The notes beneath the pieces were generated by a model. That model was not told the origin of the DNA. It was given only the letters and a program-made list of their open reading frames with translations, and ran no database searches. This document shows, piece by piece, positions 38,601 to 51,800 of a DNA stretch of 64,000 nucleotides; position 1 is the stretch's first letter, and every line of letters starts with the position of its first letter. Where the stretch lies: contig CAJFCJ010000014.1 in assembly GCA_904063045.1 (NCBI GenBank), positions 1,733,643 to 1,797,642 of the forward strand. The letters are read 5' to 3'. The position numbers and the translations under genes were made by a program. The DNA comes from Dimorphilus gyrociliatus. Taxonomy: Eukaryota; Animalia; Annelida.

Positions 38601-41600
38601 AAAAACAAAATTAAAAATTGGCTTTTTATCTAACAGGTGGAATTTCTCTGCGAGCGAGGTGGAGATGTAAACCGCGGTCTTCGTTCATCTTCTCTTCACT
38701 ACGCAGCTTGTTTTGGTAGACCTCAAATCGTCAAGGTAATACTATCTTAGGCGATTAATTTAATAAATGAAAATGAGTCATCTTTATTCTAAGAAATTAA
38801 ACAAAGAGTGCAAATTGTAAATCTATAAAAATAAAAAATAAAAAAATCTAGTTCGAGCGAATATATTTGCCTAGCATTCTTGAGAAAAGTAATGATGACT
38901 AGTTATCTGGTTTTTGATAAAGGGATGTGATGATAGTGTCATTCTTGCAAGTTTAGGCCTATCCCATGTGCAGGAAAATCTCATATTAAACAAATATTTT
39001 ATTACTATTTTATGAGCTAAAAATCATTTGTAATCTTATTGATATTCTGTCAAAGTCCTTCTGCAAGTTGTATAAAGAGGCTCCTTATATTCAAATGTTT
39101 TGTACAGACCCTGTTAAGATGGGGCGCAAACCCTGAACTTCGAGATGAAGATGGCAAAACGGCTTTGGACAAGGCACGAGAAAGGTCTGATGAGGGTCAT
39201 CGGGAAGTTATTGCTATTCTTCAAAGCCCTGGAGAACATATGGTGCCAATACAATCTCAATCGTCAGGCCAAGCTGCCCCGGCAGCCAAACATAACAACA
39301 CACCTGTGCTATCAACTCCAGCAAGTGGAACCACACCAGCAACTAGTCAACCTCATACTCCACCAATGGAAGAGTCAGATGGGGAAATAGGAAGTGAAGC
39401 AGCCGTTCAGCCAGTTTCTTCCTCCGTAAGCATTAGAGTATTAATAAATTTTCTCAGCTATAACATTTTTGACTATTTTAGGGAGCTCAGCTCGAATCTA
39501 AATCAGAGGAAGTGGAAAACGAACTCAAGGAATCTGAAAAAGATAAAGGAGACCCAGAAATTGCTCCAGTATTCGTCTCAAAGCTTTTACCAGTTTTTGC
39601 TCATGTATATCATTCAACTATGGTTCATTCGGTTAGGAAAGCAAGTTTTGCTCAAATTCGTAAAATGATACACTACTGCGAAAGTCGACTATTGGAAGAA
39701 ATTGCATCGAAAAATAATTTTGCATCTCAAATAGTAGAAGTTATCGCAAATGTTTTGGACGGAGATGACGATGATAGCCATATGGTTGCTCTTCATATCA
39801 TAGCAGATGTTTCAAAAAAGAGTAAGGATGTCTTTTTGGATAATTTTGCAAGATTAGGAGTTTTGACCATGGTTCAAAGCCTAGCTTCAAAGTCAGTAAC
39901 GGGTAAAGAAGGGGATGGTAAATCCAATCAGGTAACTAGAAATGTTTCTTCTAAAACTTAGAAATATTTATGCATCTGTCATACTCTATATACTTTTTAT
40001 ATAAAAGATACGTTAACGACTCCTTCCTCTTAGTGTAATAATGTAACACTTTCAGAAGGATATAGTTGGAGAAGAAGCTACACCGAATCCCGCTGATGAT
40101 GCTAAAGAAATTCATTTGGGTAAACCCTATCACTGGAAAGGATGGAATTTTGTCAGAAGTCGCGACTGTCTCTACATTTTCTCAGAATCTGCTGCCTTAG
40201 AACTATCAAATGGTTCTAACGGATGGTTTCGCTTTTATATGGACAATAAAGTTTCTACTATGTACTCAAGCGGAAGTCCCGAAAATCACTCTGAATCAGC
40301 ACATCCAAAGGCGGAATACCTGGAAAAGTTAATGAAAGCAAAAAGCAACGTGAAAGCGAACAGTATTTCTCAATCAATTCTTTCTGCCTCAGAATCGCCG
40401 AAGTTATCTGTTGGAAATTGGCATTTAGTAACTAAAACCGAAATGAATAGTAGTACATTGTGTGTGCAAAATGTTGAAGGACAATCGCAGTCAACTTATT
40501 TAAAAGACGATATGTCAGGCTTTATTTTCGAATCCAATAGAGGTTCCAAGCATTTGTTTATAGCTGAGAATCCTATTCAAGAAGATATTGCGGGTGGTTG
40601 GACTACAACTAAAAAGACAACCACCTTCAGATCCAAATTAGAAGAGTTTAAACTAGGAGTGTTTGCATTTGCTAGAGAAGTTTATGATGAACATCTAAAA
40701 GAAGCCGAGAGCTTGCAGCGAGGGGCTATGGCTCAGCTTTTGTCTGTTGTCGACACAATGGATAGCTTATGCTCCGAAGCGGATGCCAAAGTGAGTGAAA
40801 GAATTAATTATTAATTCTCTTTTAGTTTAAAACTGCTACCCTTCTGTTATTCAACAAAAATTATAATATTTTACTATTAGTAATAACAATATACTGACTG
40901 TCCATATTTTATACTAGAAGAAAACAAACGATCAATGGAAGAAAAAAATGGAAATGACCCTGGAGGAATTAGCAGAGTTATTAAAAAATGAGCATACTTT
41001 GTCGTCTTATGAGGTGCATACAAGCCATCTCGTTAAAGTTTTATTGAAATTTTTCAAGGTAACTACAATATTTTTTTTACAATGACTCTTTTTATTTGAG
41101 GGTATACGTAAAAATAGTCGGTAACAATGTAAGCCATCGGTTTTATGATGATAAAAAGATAGTTTACTATATCAATCAAAAATTAAAAGACCGGAAAAAA
41201 CAGCTGGGTTTCCTTTTAATTTTTATTAAGCGTGGTTTGAAAGGTGCCTATATTACAAAGTTTAGTAATATATTCCACATAGATCGCGCAAAATTAACGA
41301 TTGCCAAGCCGAAAGCGGAGTGAATTAAATTAAAGATAAACTCGCTCGCTTAGCGATACTATTGAACATTAATTAAAGAGTTTTTTTTCAACAGTTGCAA
41401 AATAATTCATCAATTGAAGTGTTCAAGGATGTTTTTAAAGACACCGAAGTCGATGGCCAACCGACTTCACCGTGCGTATCTCTAGTCCGAAAATTAATCG
41501 CTGTATTGGAACTAATTGAGAAACTAATTATTCATCAATATGATTCTGTGGGTTCTGGCTATGCTTTACAAAGTCTTACAAGACGGCTACGCTTCAAGCT

Positions 41601-44600
41601 TGAAAGGCACCCTGAAGAAAAAATGTTATTTGAAAGAACAGGGAGGAATTTGAAAATGGAGCCCCTATGCTCGGTTGAAACACTGGAGAAATATTTACTA
41701 AAGATGCTAGCTCAACAATGGTATGATCATGATAGGTGCAACTTCACTTTTGTCAAACTCATTAAGGAAAAAAAGAGAGAATTTGTGCATGAAACTGACT
41801 TTGATGAGAATGGTCTTATTTATTGGATTGGCAGTAATGCCAAAACAACTGAATGGGGTAATCCAGGAATGTACAGTCTCGTAAATGTTTTTTGCTCAGA
41901 GGGAAAAAAGATTTCCTACGGAAAAGTATACGATTTGTTGAATCGAGATTCTCAGCCATTAAACTGTCACACTAGTGACGACAGGTTAGTTTGATTTTTT
42001 CATTCATTTACAGTTATATTGAGAGAAAAACTAAATTGATAGGTTGATTTTTTTTTGTGAACATCTTTTTAAGTTTTCGTATGAATATAAAATTTACTTG
42101 AATGCACTTAGATTACCAGAAAAAACATTACATAGAATCCTTTTCACGCTCTTTTATGTGCACAAAAAGTTCACTGACAGTAAAAACATCGAAATTTAGT
42201 TCATTAGTTGCACTCGTTGTACTCATAAAGAGGCGTTTACACCGGAAGAGCTTAAGTGCAGCTAGAGCCATTGCTAAAGTGATTTTTCTTATTAACGAAA
42301 TATTTCGTCTGGTAAAATCTGAAAAAATTCTAGATGCAATTTAGATTTAGTTGTATTTTTCTATGTAACGCTGTACTGCGATGGCCTAAGTGCATAAAAA
42401 TTAATATATATATATATATAAATTTATATTAGTATATATTTATATATATAGGTTATATATAGATTGTAAACAAAGTATGCGTTCTAACACATCAGAATTA
42501 CGTACACCAAAATACCGTATTGGTTAAAGAAGATTCAAATTCACCTATTTTCAGACGAGCTTGGTTCCAAATTGATTTAGGAGTGTCTATAATACCAACT
42601 TGCTATACTCTACGCCACTCTCGTGGATTCAATCAAGGAAGTGCACCAAGATATTGGAAATTTCAAGTTTCTAAAGACGGTAACACTTGGGTGACTCTAT
42701 ATAGTCATGAAAATGATACTGCTCTTAATGAAGAAGGATCAACAGCCTCTTGGCCACTAGAATGTCCAGAAGAGAAGATTGGATATCGTTTTGTTAAGCT
42801 CCAACAAGTTGGACCGAACAGCAATGGAAATTCTTATCGACTATCTCTAAGCGGCTTTGAAATTTATGGAACTGTTACTGGTGTCTTTGATGACATTAGT
42901 AAAAGTGCAAAGGATTTTGATCAGTCTAAAAAGCAAAAAAGACTTGCAAGAACAAACGTTAGTTATACTGTATAATCTCTAACAGAACTTGTTCTAAAAA
43001 GTTTTTTAAATTACAGATCTTGAAACAGTTAATGCCTGGAGCTAGAGTTGTTAGAGGTCTTGATTGGAAATGGAAAGATCAGGATCACGAGAAAGGACAC
43101 GATTCTGAAGAAAGTTGTGTCAGCAAGGAGGGAACAGTTCTCAGCGAACTACATAATGGTTGGGTGGATGTTTCTTGGGATTGTGGTACTTCAAATTCAT
43201 ATAGAATGGGAGCTGAAGGAAAATTCGATTTGATTTTAGCACCTTCCCATGATCCATCAAAATTAGTTAGAGGCGGTGCTGTTGGTGGAACGTCAGGATT
43301 GCCAAATCAAATTCCTGGGAGCCACACTGAAAGTAACAAAAATAAAGTTTGTCTCCTTACTTCTAAAAAGAGCACATCAACACCAACCCTAAACGAAACG
43401 AATGCGGAACAACAAGCTTCGGCTTTGGCTGTGTCTGATGGAAATATCTCTAATGAAATTCGATCAGTAAGTAGTTTTTCTAAATTTTAAATTTAAAAAA
43501 ATACATTTTTGGTGATATATAGACAGCAGAAAAGCTGACAGAAGGTCTTGTGTCTATGGCCAATGCTGAAAATCTGGACGTATCGAATGATTCATCTTCT
43601 GCCGTTAGCGCGCCTGAAATGGCCGAGGCGGGAAATGCTTCTGGAAACATGCAAGAATCCGGAAACGAAGACACAGCTGGTCAATTAAGCGTCAGCGTTC
43701 CTAACTTATCAGAACAACAGCAGTTTGATGCCGCCCATCTATTTGAATCATTTGCTTCAGCAGCGAGAAGAAATTTTAGTCTGTCTAATGCAAGAAATGC
43801 AACTGATGACCTTATGCGTTTAATGTTCAGTAATGGCCAACTAAATCCAGGTCAACTATTATCATCCGCCCAGAGTTTTCCTAGTTTGCAGCCAAATGTG
43901 TCAACAATACCACAATCCAGTGGCGGAAATACTAGAGCAACTGCCACATGTAATCACTTGGCAGCGTTTTCCCAAGCTTTAACCTGTAGTATAACAGAAA
44001 GTGATAATGATTTACTAGATATGAGTAGAGCAAGACACTTGCTTGCTGAATTTGATGATGATGATCTAGCTGCAATGGACGAAGAAGACCAAGAAGATGA
44101 CTGCCCATCGCATGAGGATTACGGTTAGAATTTCTGTTTCTTATTACATTACTCTATCATGTTCTATGATTATAGATACGATGATGGATGAGGACGACGA
44201 CGACGATGAAGATGAATTAGAACAGTTTATTGGACCTCCATCAACAATAACATCACGTAAACAATGGGATGATGATTTTGTTTTAAAATCAGCCTTTTCG
44301 GCCTTGATACCTGCCTTTGATCCTCGTCCCGGTCGGACAAATGTACCTCAAATTCAAGATTTTCTTATTCCACCCCCCGTGGGTAATAGCGAAATATCGT
44401 CACCCCCGTCAAATATCGAACATTTAACATCGACTGAACCAAAAGTCTCCCTTAAATTAACTGTAAAAGGCCCAAGTTTACCTGGTTTTAAGGACAATGA
44501 GATAGTCTTGAATCGAAAATCGGACTCAATTTTTAAATATCTTCATAAGCTAATATTGAAAAGTTCCTGTGGTATATCAAACTCGTTATCAAAGACAGAT

Positions 44601-47600
44601 CGCTTGAAGAAAATCTGGGAGCCTACTTTCACGTAAGAAATTAGTATAAGAATTTTAACATAAAAGTAACACTTCTTGTTTATACAGAATCATATACAGT
44701 CGGATATCTGCTGAAGACAAACAGGTCAGTTTTTTTTTTCTTTTATACCTTTTCTTATCCAAATGTCTCACGTTATGTCGTGGCTGATGTAGAAAGAATT
44801 TTTGTACTTTTTTCTTCAGTGCTTTTTAATGCGCTAAATCTCGTTTACTTTTTTCGCTAACTGCTTTGTGAAAAAAAATATTTATTTTTTTTCTTTTCCC
44901 CCAACAATTGTATCTAAAGTTGGCTGAATTACAAAAATTATACATATACTTAGACATAACTATTTTACGTTAAGCATTTTATTTGAAATTTTACATATTT
45001 TGTGAAAGTTGTTCATCGTTAATCATTTTAAATAATTCATAAATGAGCTTGTTTAATTCCATTTGCATGAAACATCGTAAAATCTAAATTCATGTACTTT
45101 TTAATGCTATTTTAATTTACATTTATTTTTAGCTTAATTGACTTAAATTTCTGTATAAAGTTTTAATAGCTGGAGATTTTTATCATATGCATAATTTCTC
45201 TCTATAGCAAAAATATCAGCGAATAATAGCTATTATATCTTTAAAAATGATTTTTTTTTCTTATTGATAAGGTTTTATGATGAGATTTTTTTCTGCAATT
45301 GGTTAATCATATTCGTTAAAAAGTAATGTGCTAAAATTTTGTTTACGTACTAAGTTTCCGTCTATTGCTTGTTTTAATCTTTTACTTTCTTGAGTGAAAA
45401 TTTCAGTAGAATCTAAAATCTAGTGGCATGATGAATTTACAGCATGCAATTACCTGCTCTGAACACAATTGAGAAACGAAATGAACATATTCTTTAAAGC
45501 TTGAAGTCGCTTTGCTTGAAGCACAGCATGATATTAGATATTTATTATATTCTAATAATACTTAAAGTTCTAATGTCAGTTTCTCTACTACTCTGCTGAT
45601 TTATTTATTAATACGTTCAATCTCAAGGGGTTTCACCAGAAATGAAAAGTCTTTAAAATATAGTAGTAGATGTGTATTTAGAAAAGACAACTAAGAATTT
45701 CACGAGTCCATCGCATGTAGAATGTATATCTTCAGAATGAAGCTGGGCGCTCAACTCTGAGGTGGACGACCGAAGAGGTTGATCGAAAGCTTAATGAAGG
45801 AGAAATTCAACGTTATGACGTTGTAGAGTATTTAAAGACTCACTGTTCTAAGGAGTTTATGAAGAGAAACAAACTAACTGGACCATGGAAAACTGTTAAG
45901 AAGACAGTAAATTGTCAAAATCTCGTAAAAATTTACAAGGTGCATTGCAGAAGTGATTGTTTTAGTAGCTTCGTTTGTCGGTCGGAGTTGTACATTCTTC
46001 TATTCCTTTACTATTTAATTCTCAAATTGACAAGAGTTCAATTTGAAAAAAGTATACTAAATATATGCTGTCAATGTTAAATATATACAGTATATATACA
46101 CTATATATACATTATCTAGCATATATGTTATATTGTGTTCTACTCCGACTACTGTTCTGTATTTTTTGATTTTTTCTGTACATTTGATAATTTTATATTA
46201 ATATTATATAGGAGTTTTTAATTATTTAAAAATAGCTTGCAAAATAGGAAGTATTATAAAAAATTGATATTTGCATTTATTTAATACTGTTAAAAAATTT
46301 ATTAACAACTCAACAGCTTAATTAATTTCATTTTAAAAAATGTATATTTGTCTTCAGTACTTGATTTTTGAAGTTGTTCCTTTTTTAGTTATTTAATAAT
46401 CGTTAATCGTTATTAACTAGAAAAAGGAAATATATTAAAATTAACTTTCTTGATTGTTTGTGAAGGCGTGCATATATTTCTATATGTTTGGGTCTTCGAA
46501 AGGAAATCGAAGCATATTTTATTTTCTCAAATTGCTTTTTTGCTAATATATTCTATCCTTACAACAGGAGTTCACGGAAACTGAAGGATCCGACTTACTA
46601 CCCATTAATGATCTACTTCTAGTTGATGACTTTACTACTTCTTCAGAAACTGATGTCCGAAGCGTTGAAGAGGTTTTACAGCTAATTAAGATACTTCATA
46701 AACTCTCGAATAGTGTCTCTCAATTGAATTTGACAAATGAGGAATTGGAATCTCGTAAAATAACTAACAAACTTACGCAACAGCTACACGATAGTGTTGT
46801 TGTAGCATCCTCCTGTTTACCAAATTGGTGTTCGACTCTGTCTTCAAACTGTAGAATATTGTTTCCTTTGGAAAACAGAATGAACTACTTGTACGCTAAC
46901 TGTTTTGGAGTTGAGAGGAGCATAGTTTGGCTGCAATCAAAAAGAGACGCTGTTTTAGAAAGATGGAGGGCTGCTACAGGATCAAGACAACGAGATGATG
47001 CTCACGAAATGCAGATTGGAAGATTGAGACATGATAGAGTAACTATTCCTAGGGATGATGGAAAACTATTTGAGTGGGCTCAACAAGTAATGTTTAAGCA
47101 TGCAAGACTGAAATCAGTTCTCGAAATTGAATTTAAAGACGAAGAAGGAACTGGATTGGGCCCAACATTGGAATTTTATGCACTTATTGCTGCTGAGCTT
47201 CAAAGAAAAGATTTTGGTATGTGGCTCGTCGATGATGATGCCATGGCTAAGGTGAAGCCAGTTCAAGGAGATAAGCCTGTTGGATTTTATGTGCAAAGAA
47301 GTTGTGGATTATTTCCTGCTCCACTACCTCCTAATTGTTCACTCTTGAAGAAAGTTGAAAGATCATTTTTATTTTTGGGAATTGCCCTTGGAAAGTGTCT
47401 TCTAGATTCAAGGCTTATGGATATGCCACTCTCACCAGCATTTTTTAAAGTTCTCTGTGGAGAAGAACTTGACGATAGCGACTTTCTGCATATATATCCC
47501 CACAGAGCGAAGTTTATTCTACAATTGCAGGAATTAAATGAAAAAAGAGAACAAATTTTAAGTAACAAAGAGTACACGGAAGAACAAAAGAAACAAAGTC

Positions 47601-48253
47601 TTTCAGATCTAAAGGTCGGAGAACCTGCAGTTAACCTAGAAGATTTAGGATTAACCTTTTGCTTCAATCCGTCGTCTACATGTTATGATTATGATCATCA
47701 CGAGCTTACGGAAAATGGAAGTCACGTTGCAGTATGTTTAGAAAATGTCGGAGAATATGTTGAAATTGTTAAGGACTTTTGTTTGAATTCTGGTATCAAA
47801 AAACAAGTTGAAGCAGTTAGACGCGGATTTGAATATGTTTTACCAATCTGCAAATTGAATTGTTTCAGTATTTCAGAACTGCAGCTAATGATTTGCGGTG
47901 AACAATCGCCTAATTGGACAAGGGAGGACGTATTAGAGTATTGCGAACCTAAAAATGGATTTGATAAACAATCTGCTACATTTCAACATCTGGCAGCGGT
48001 ACTTGTTGATTTCGAATCAGAGGAGCGAAAGTGGTTCCTACAATTCGTTACTGGCTGTTCGTCCCTTCCTCCTGGTGGTTTGGCCAACCTCAATCCGAGA
48101 TTAACTGTTGTCAAAAAGGATGGAAACGACCATTCTTATCCTTCCGTCAATACTTGTATGCATTATTTGAAACTACCTGAGTATTCTTCCCAAGATGTCC
48201 TAAAAACGCAATTGCTAGCTGCTACGAAGCATAGAGGATTCCACCTTAATTAG
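35665..48253 (+). CDS. HECTD1: E3 ubiquitin ligase HECTD1 (ARM-ankyrin-SUN-MIB/HERC2-BTHB-HECT)
   Basis: [136 protein letters not shown] (catalytic Cys), GFHLN*. Confidence 0.97.
37595..37615. repeat. (TA)n microsatellite in a HECTD1 intron
   Basis: Direct reading. Confidence 0.85.
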
Positions 48254-48897
48254 GAATATTTTTGGAATCGTTTATGAAGAGAATAGTTATTTCGAAAGAG
48301 ACTGTGTAATCCTAAAGACTGATTTTTGCTTTCTCTTCATTGGCGAGATTTTTTTTGCACAGTGTAATTCGGCATTTTTAAGTTTAACTGAAATTTTAGT
48401 CCAGCCGTGTATTATTTTCTGGTTTTTTTCTGCAAACCGAAAATTATTGCGGTCATTACCATATATATATAATATATATATACACTGATCAATTGTACTT
48501 AAAATTTACTCTATTACTATCAAAGGAATGTTGTTAAACATTTTTCTTTATTTAAAAAGAGTGATCACTTCCAATACACAAATTATAGAAACATTTAGCT
48601 CTATCTATTTTTATACTTGTATAATAATATTCATATTCTTAAGAAGTTAAACATAAGACAATTTCTTATTGTTTCTAGTTTTCTATACTTTCTATACTAT
48701 ATATAAAATAAACAATAAATTAATACGTCATAGGATATTCCTAGGATAAAATTAATAACTACATTCTGACCGAGTGTGCATTGTTGATAAGCAATCATGT
48801 GGCTAGTAGATAACGTCTATCATATATATATTAAAAGAAACAGTCCGGCACAAATATCTATAGATCTCAAAAACCAAATGGTGGAAAAAGTAGACTA

Positions 48898-51800
48898 ATG
48901 AAACCTTTGAGAGTATCACCAGTCATGAACTCCGAATCTTCTGAGAGAATCGTAGGAAAGGTGGAAAGGGAGCGAACTAAACCATCGTCGTCCCTCACCC
49001 AATTCAGAATACTCTGTTGGAAACATATACAAATGATAAATGGGAGCAAAGGAAAATTTTTACTAGAATTATTAATACCAATATTTCTTGGTATAGTATT
49101 TATCATAATAAGACTTTCAGCCAAACCAACACTGTTTGATCAACCAACAATATGGAATTCTTTTCCAATAAAGGAATTTAACGGCGTACTTACAAATCTG
49201 TTTATTCCTTCAACCTAAACAGTTACTGTTATTGTGTTGTTTTTTTTGCAGGAAATAAATAGAACTTTACTGCAAATTCATTCTGCACCGAAGAATCGTA
49301 TTACTGAGGAACTTGTGATGAATGTGAAAGATTATCTTAAGATAGACAAAATACCCCTTTGGTATAATAAGGAATCTGATTTGGAAACGGAAGTTGTTAA
49401 GCAACCTGGCGAGAGATATAAGAATTCTATTGGTATTGTTTTCAGAGATGTAAATGATAGCCTACCTGATAGCGTCGTATATTCGTTAAGATTGCCAATT
49501 GACCCTGACGGTAAACTTGGGCAAAAAGATTGGTTTACAAGAAGTGTTACCAATAATATGCCAAGTCAAGCTCCTGTAGACAAATCAAATATATATGGAG
49601 GTTCGCCAAACTACGTAGAATCTGGTTTTTTAACATTTCAATTAGCATTGGATCACGCAATATTAAAACATCGTTTACCGAATATTGATGAGGCTAATTT
49701 CGAAGTAAGAATGAATAGATCGCCTCATCCACCTTATAAAGACGATCCAGTAGTTCGTATAATGCAATTTATGGCCTTTGTTATATTTATGTCATACAAT
49801 GTCTTTACGGCAAATTTCGTTAATGGCGTTGTAGAAGAGAAGGAGAAACGTTTAAGGGTTCGCATCTATTACATAATTGTTTTTGTATTTATATTTTCTT
49901 TATCATCTTCAGGAATTTATGAGAATATATGGTCTTAAAAGTTATCTTAACTGGCTTTCATGGATATTTAAATCACTGATCACTCTTATAGTCATTACAA
50001 TATTATTAACGCTCTTCTTAAAAGTTAAAACAAATAATGGCTCATTTTTTCCTCAAAGTGACGTAACTTTTGTCTTCTTTTTCTTTTTTATGTATGGATT
50101 GAGCGTTCTCTCTTTTTGTTGTATAACGGCTGCCATTTTCAATACGGTACGAGTAGCATCTGGATTAACAAGTCTGATAACATTTTTAACCTATATGCCT
50201 AATTTTTTCCTGGCAAATCAATGGCCAAAATTATCTGCTGGTGCGAAATGGGGAACTGGGATACTATACAATATGGCTTTAGGTAATGGTTGGTCTATTA
50301 TTCAAATTCACGAAGGAGCTGGCTATGGTGCAAAATGGTCCAATATCAATTCTTATGTTACGGTTGATCAAAATTTTAAGCTCTCATATGTTCTCGCTCT
50401 TTTTACCATTCAAATTGTAATTCATTTGCTGATTGTATGGTATTTAGATAATGTATTTCCTGGAGAATACGGAGTCCCAAGACCCCCATATTTTCCCTTT
50501 ACAAAGAACTATTGGCTTGGTACAACCCCCAAACAAGAAAGTCAGGAGAATATTAGAGATTTAAATTTTGGAGATATGTTTGAACATCCGGATTCCTCAT
50601 TAAAACCAAGTATTAGAATAAGACAATTAGTTAAGACTTTCGATGCAAATGGCAAGAAGACTACCGCTGTAGATAAACTCAATATGGATATATATGAAGG
50701 TCAAATAACCGCTCTACTCGGTCACAATGGTGCTGGAAAATCAACAGCGATGGCCATGTTAACTGGTCTTTTAAAACCAAGTGACGGAAATGCATACATT
50801 TATGGTCACAGCATAAAAACAGACATAGAAAGTGCTCGACAACATTTAGGCTATTGTCCTCAAGATAATGTTCTATTTGACCTTTTAACTGTTGAACAAC
50901 ATTTGAGATTCTTTGCCGAACTTAAAGGATGTCAAAAGGAAAATTTACAACGAGAAATTGATAGCAGTTTGAAATTTCTTGATCTTTTCGAAAAGAAGCA
51001 CGATTTGCCTGGTGAACTTTCGGGAGGTCAAAAGAGAAGACTTTGCATAGGAATAGGTCTCATAAATGGATCGAATACTTTAATTTTGGACGAGCCAACA
51101 GCTGGTCTGGATCCGGAAGCCAGGAGAAAAATGTGGGACATACTACAAAAGATAAGAAACGAAAAAACCATAATATTGGCTACTCATTTTATGGATGAAG
51201 CCGATCTTTTGGGTGATCGTATAGGAATTATGGCGAATGGTCAATTGCAATGTATAGGATCTAGTTTGTTTCTAAAATCGAAATTCGGAGTTGGATATCA
51301 TATGGTAATGGCAAAAGCATCTAATTGTGACGTTGACAAGATATCACAAACAATTAGACAGTATGTTCCAAATGCACTTCTGGAATCGAACATCAGTTCA
51401 GAACTATCGTATATTCTGCCGAAAGAAAGTTCTGAAAACTATGAGGAAATGTTCAGGGTTATTGAAGATAATCTGAAAAGCTTAGGAATCAATTCATTCG
51501 GAGTTTCTATAACAACAATGGAAGAAGTTTTCCTAAAAGTTGGAGAAATTACAAAAGCTGATGGAATAGAAAGACTACAGAAGAAGCATGATACATCCTC
51601 AGAGATTGCGAAGGATACTGCTGAAATAACGGCACAGACAACCGGTATATTTAATACTATAATATTTACCATAAAATATTAATCTTCTTTGCATTTCAGC
51701 AATTTTTCAATCAAATCAAATAAGCGGTTTGTCTTATCATTTCAATCAAATGAAGAGTCAATTTTCCAAGAAGTTTTCTATCAGTACATGTTTCAAGCTC

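Noticed and set aside
42102-42395. 10-bp inverted repeat and 80-aa ORF in a HECTD1 intron as a MITE or nested gene
   Set aside because: 10 bp is near chance expectation, there is no TSD, and the ORF has no recognisable motif.
45428-45462. C/D snoRNA (ATGATGA ... CTGA)
   Set aside because: Boxes only ~24 nt apart, no terminal stem and no recognisable rRNA guide; better explained by the GCATG cluster.
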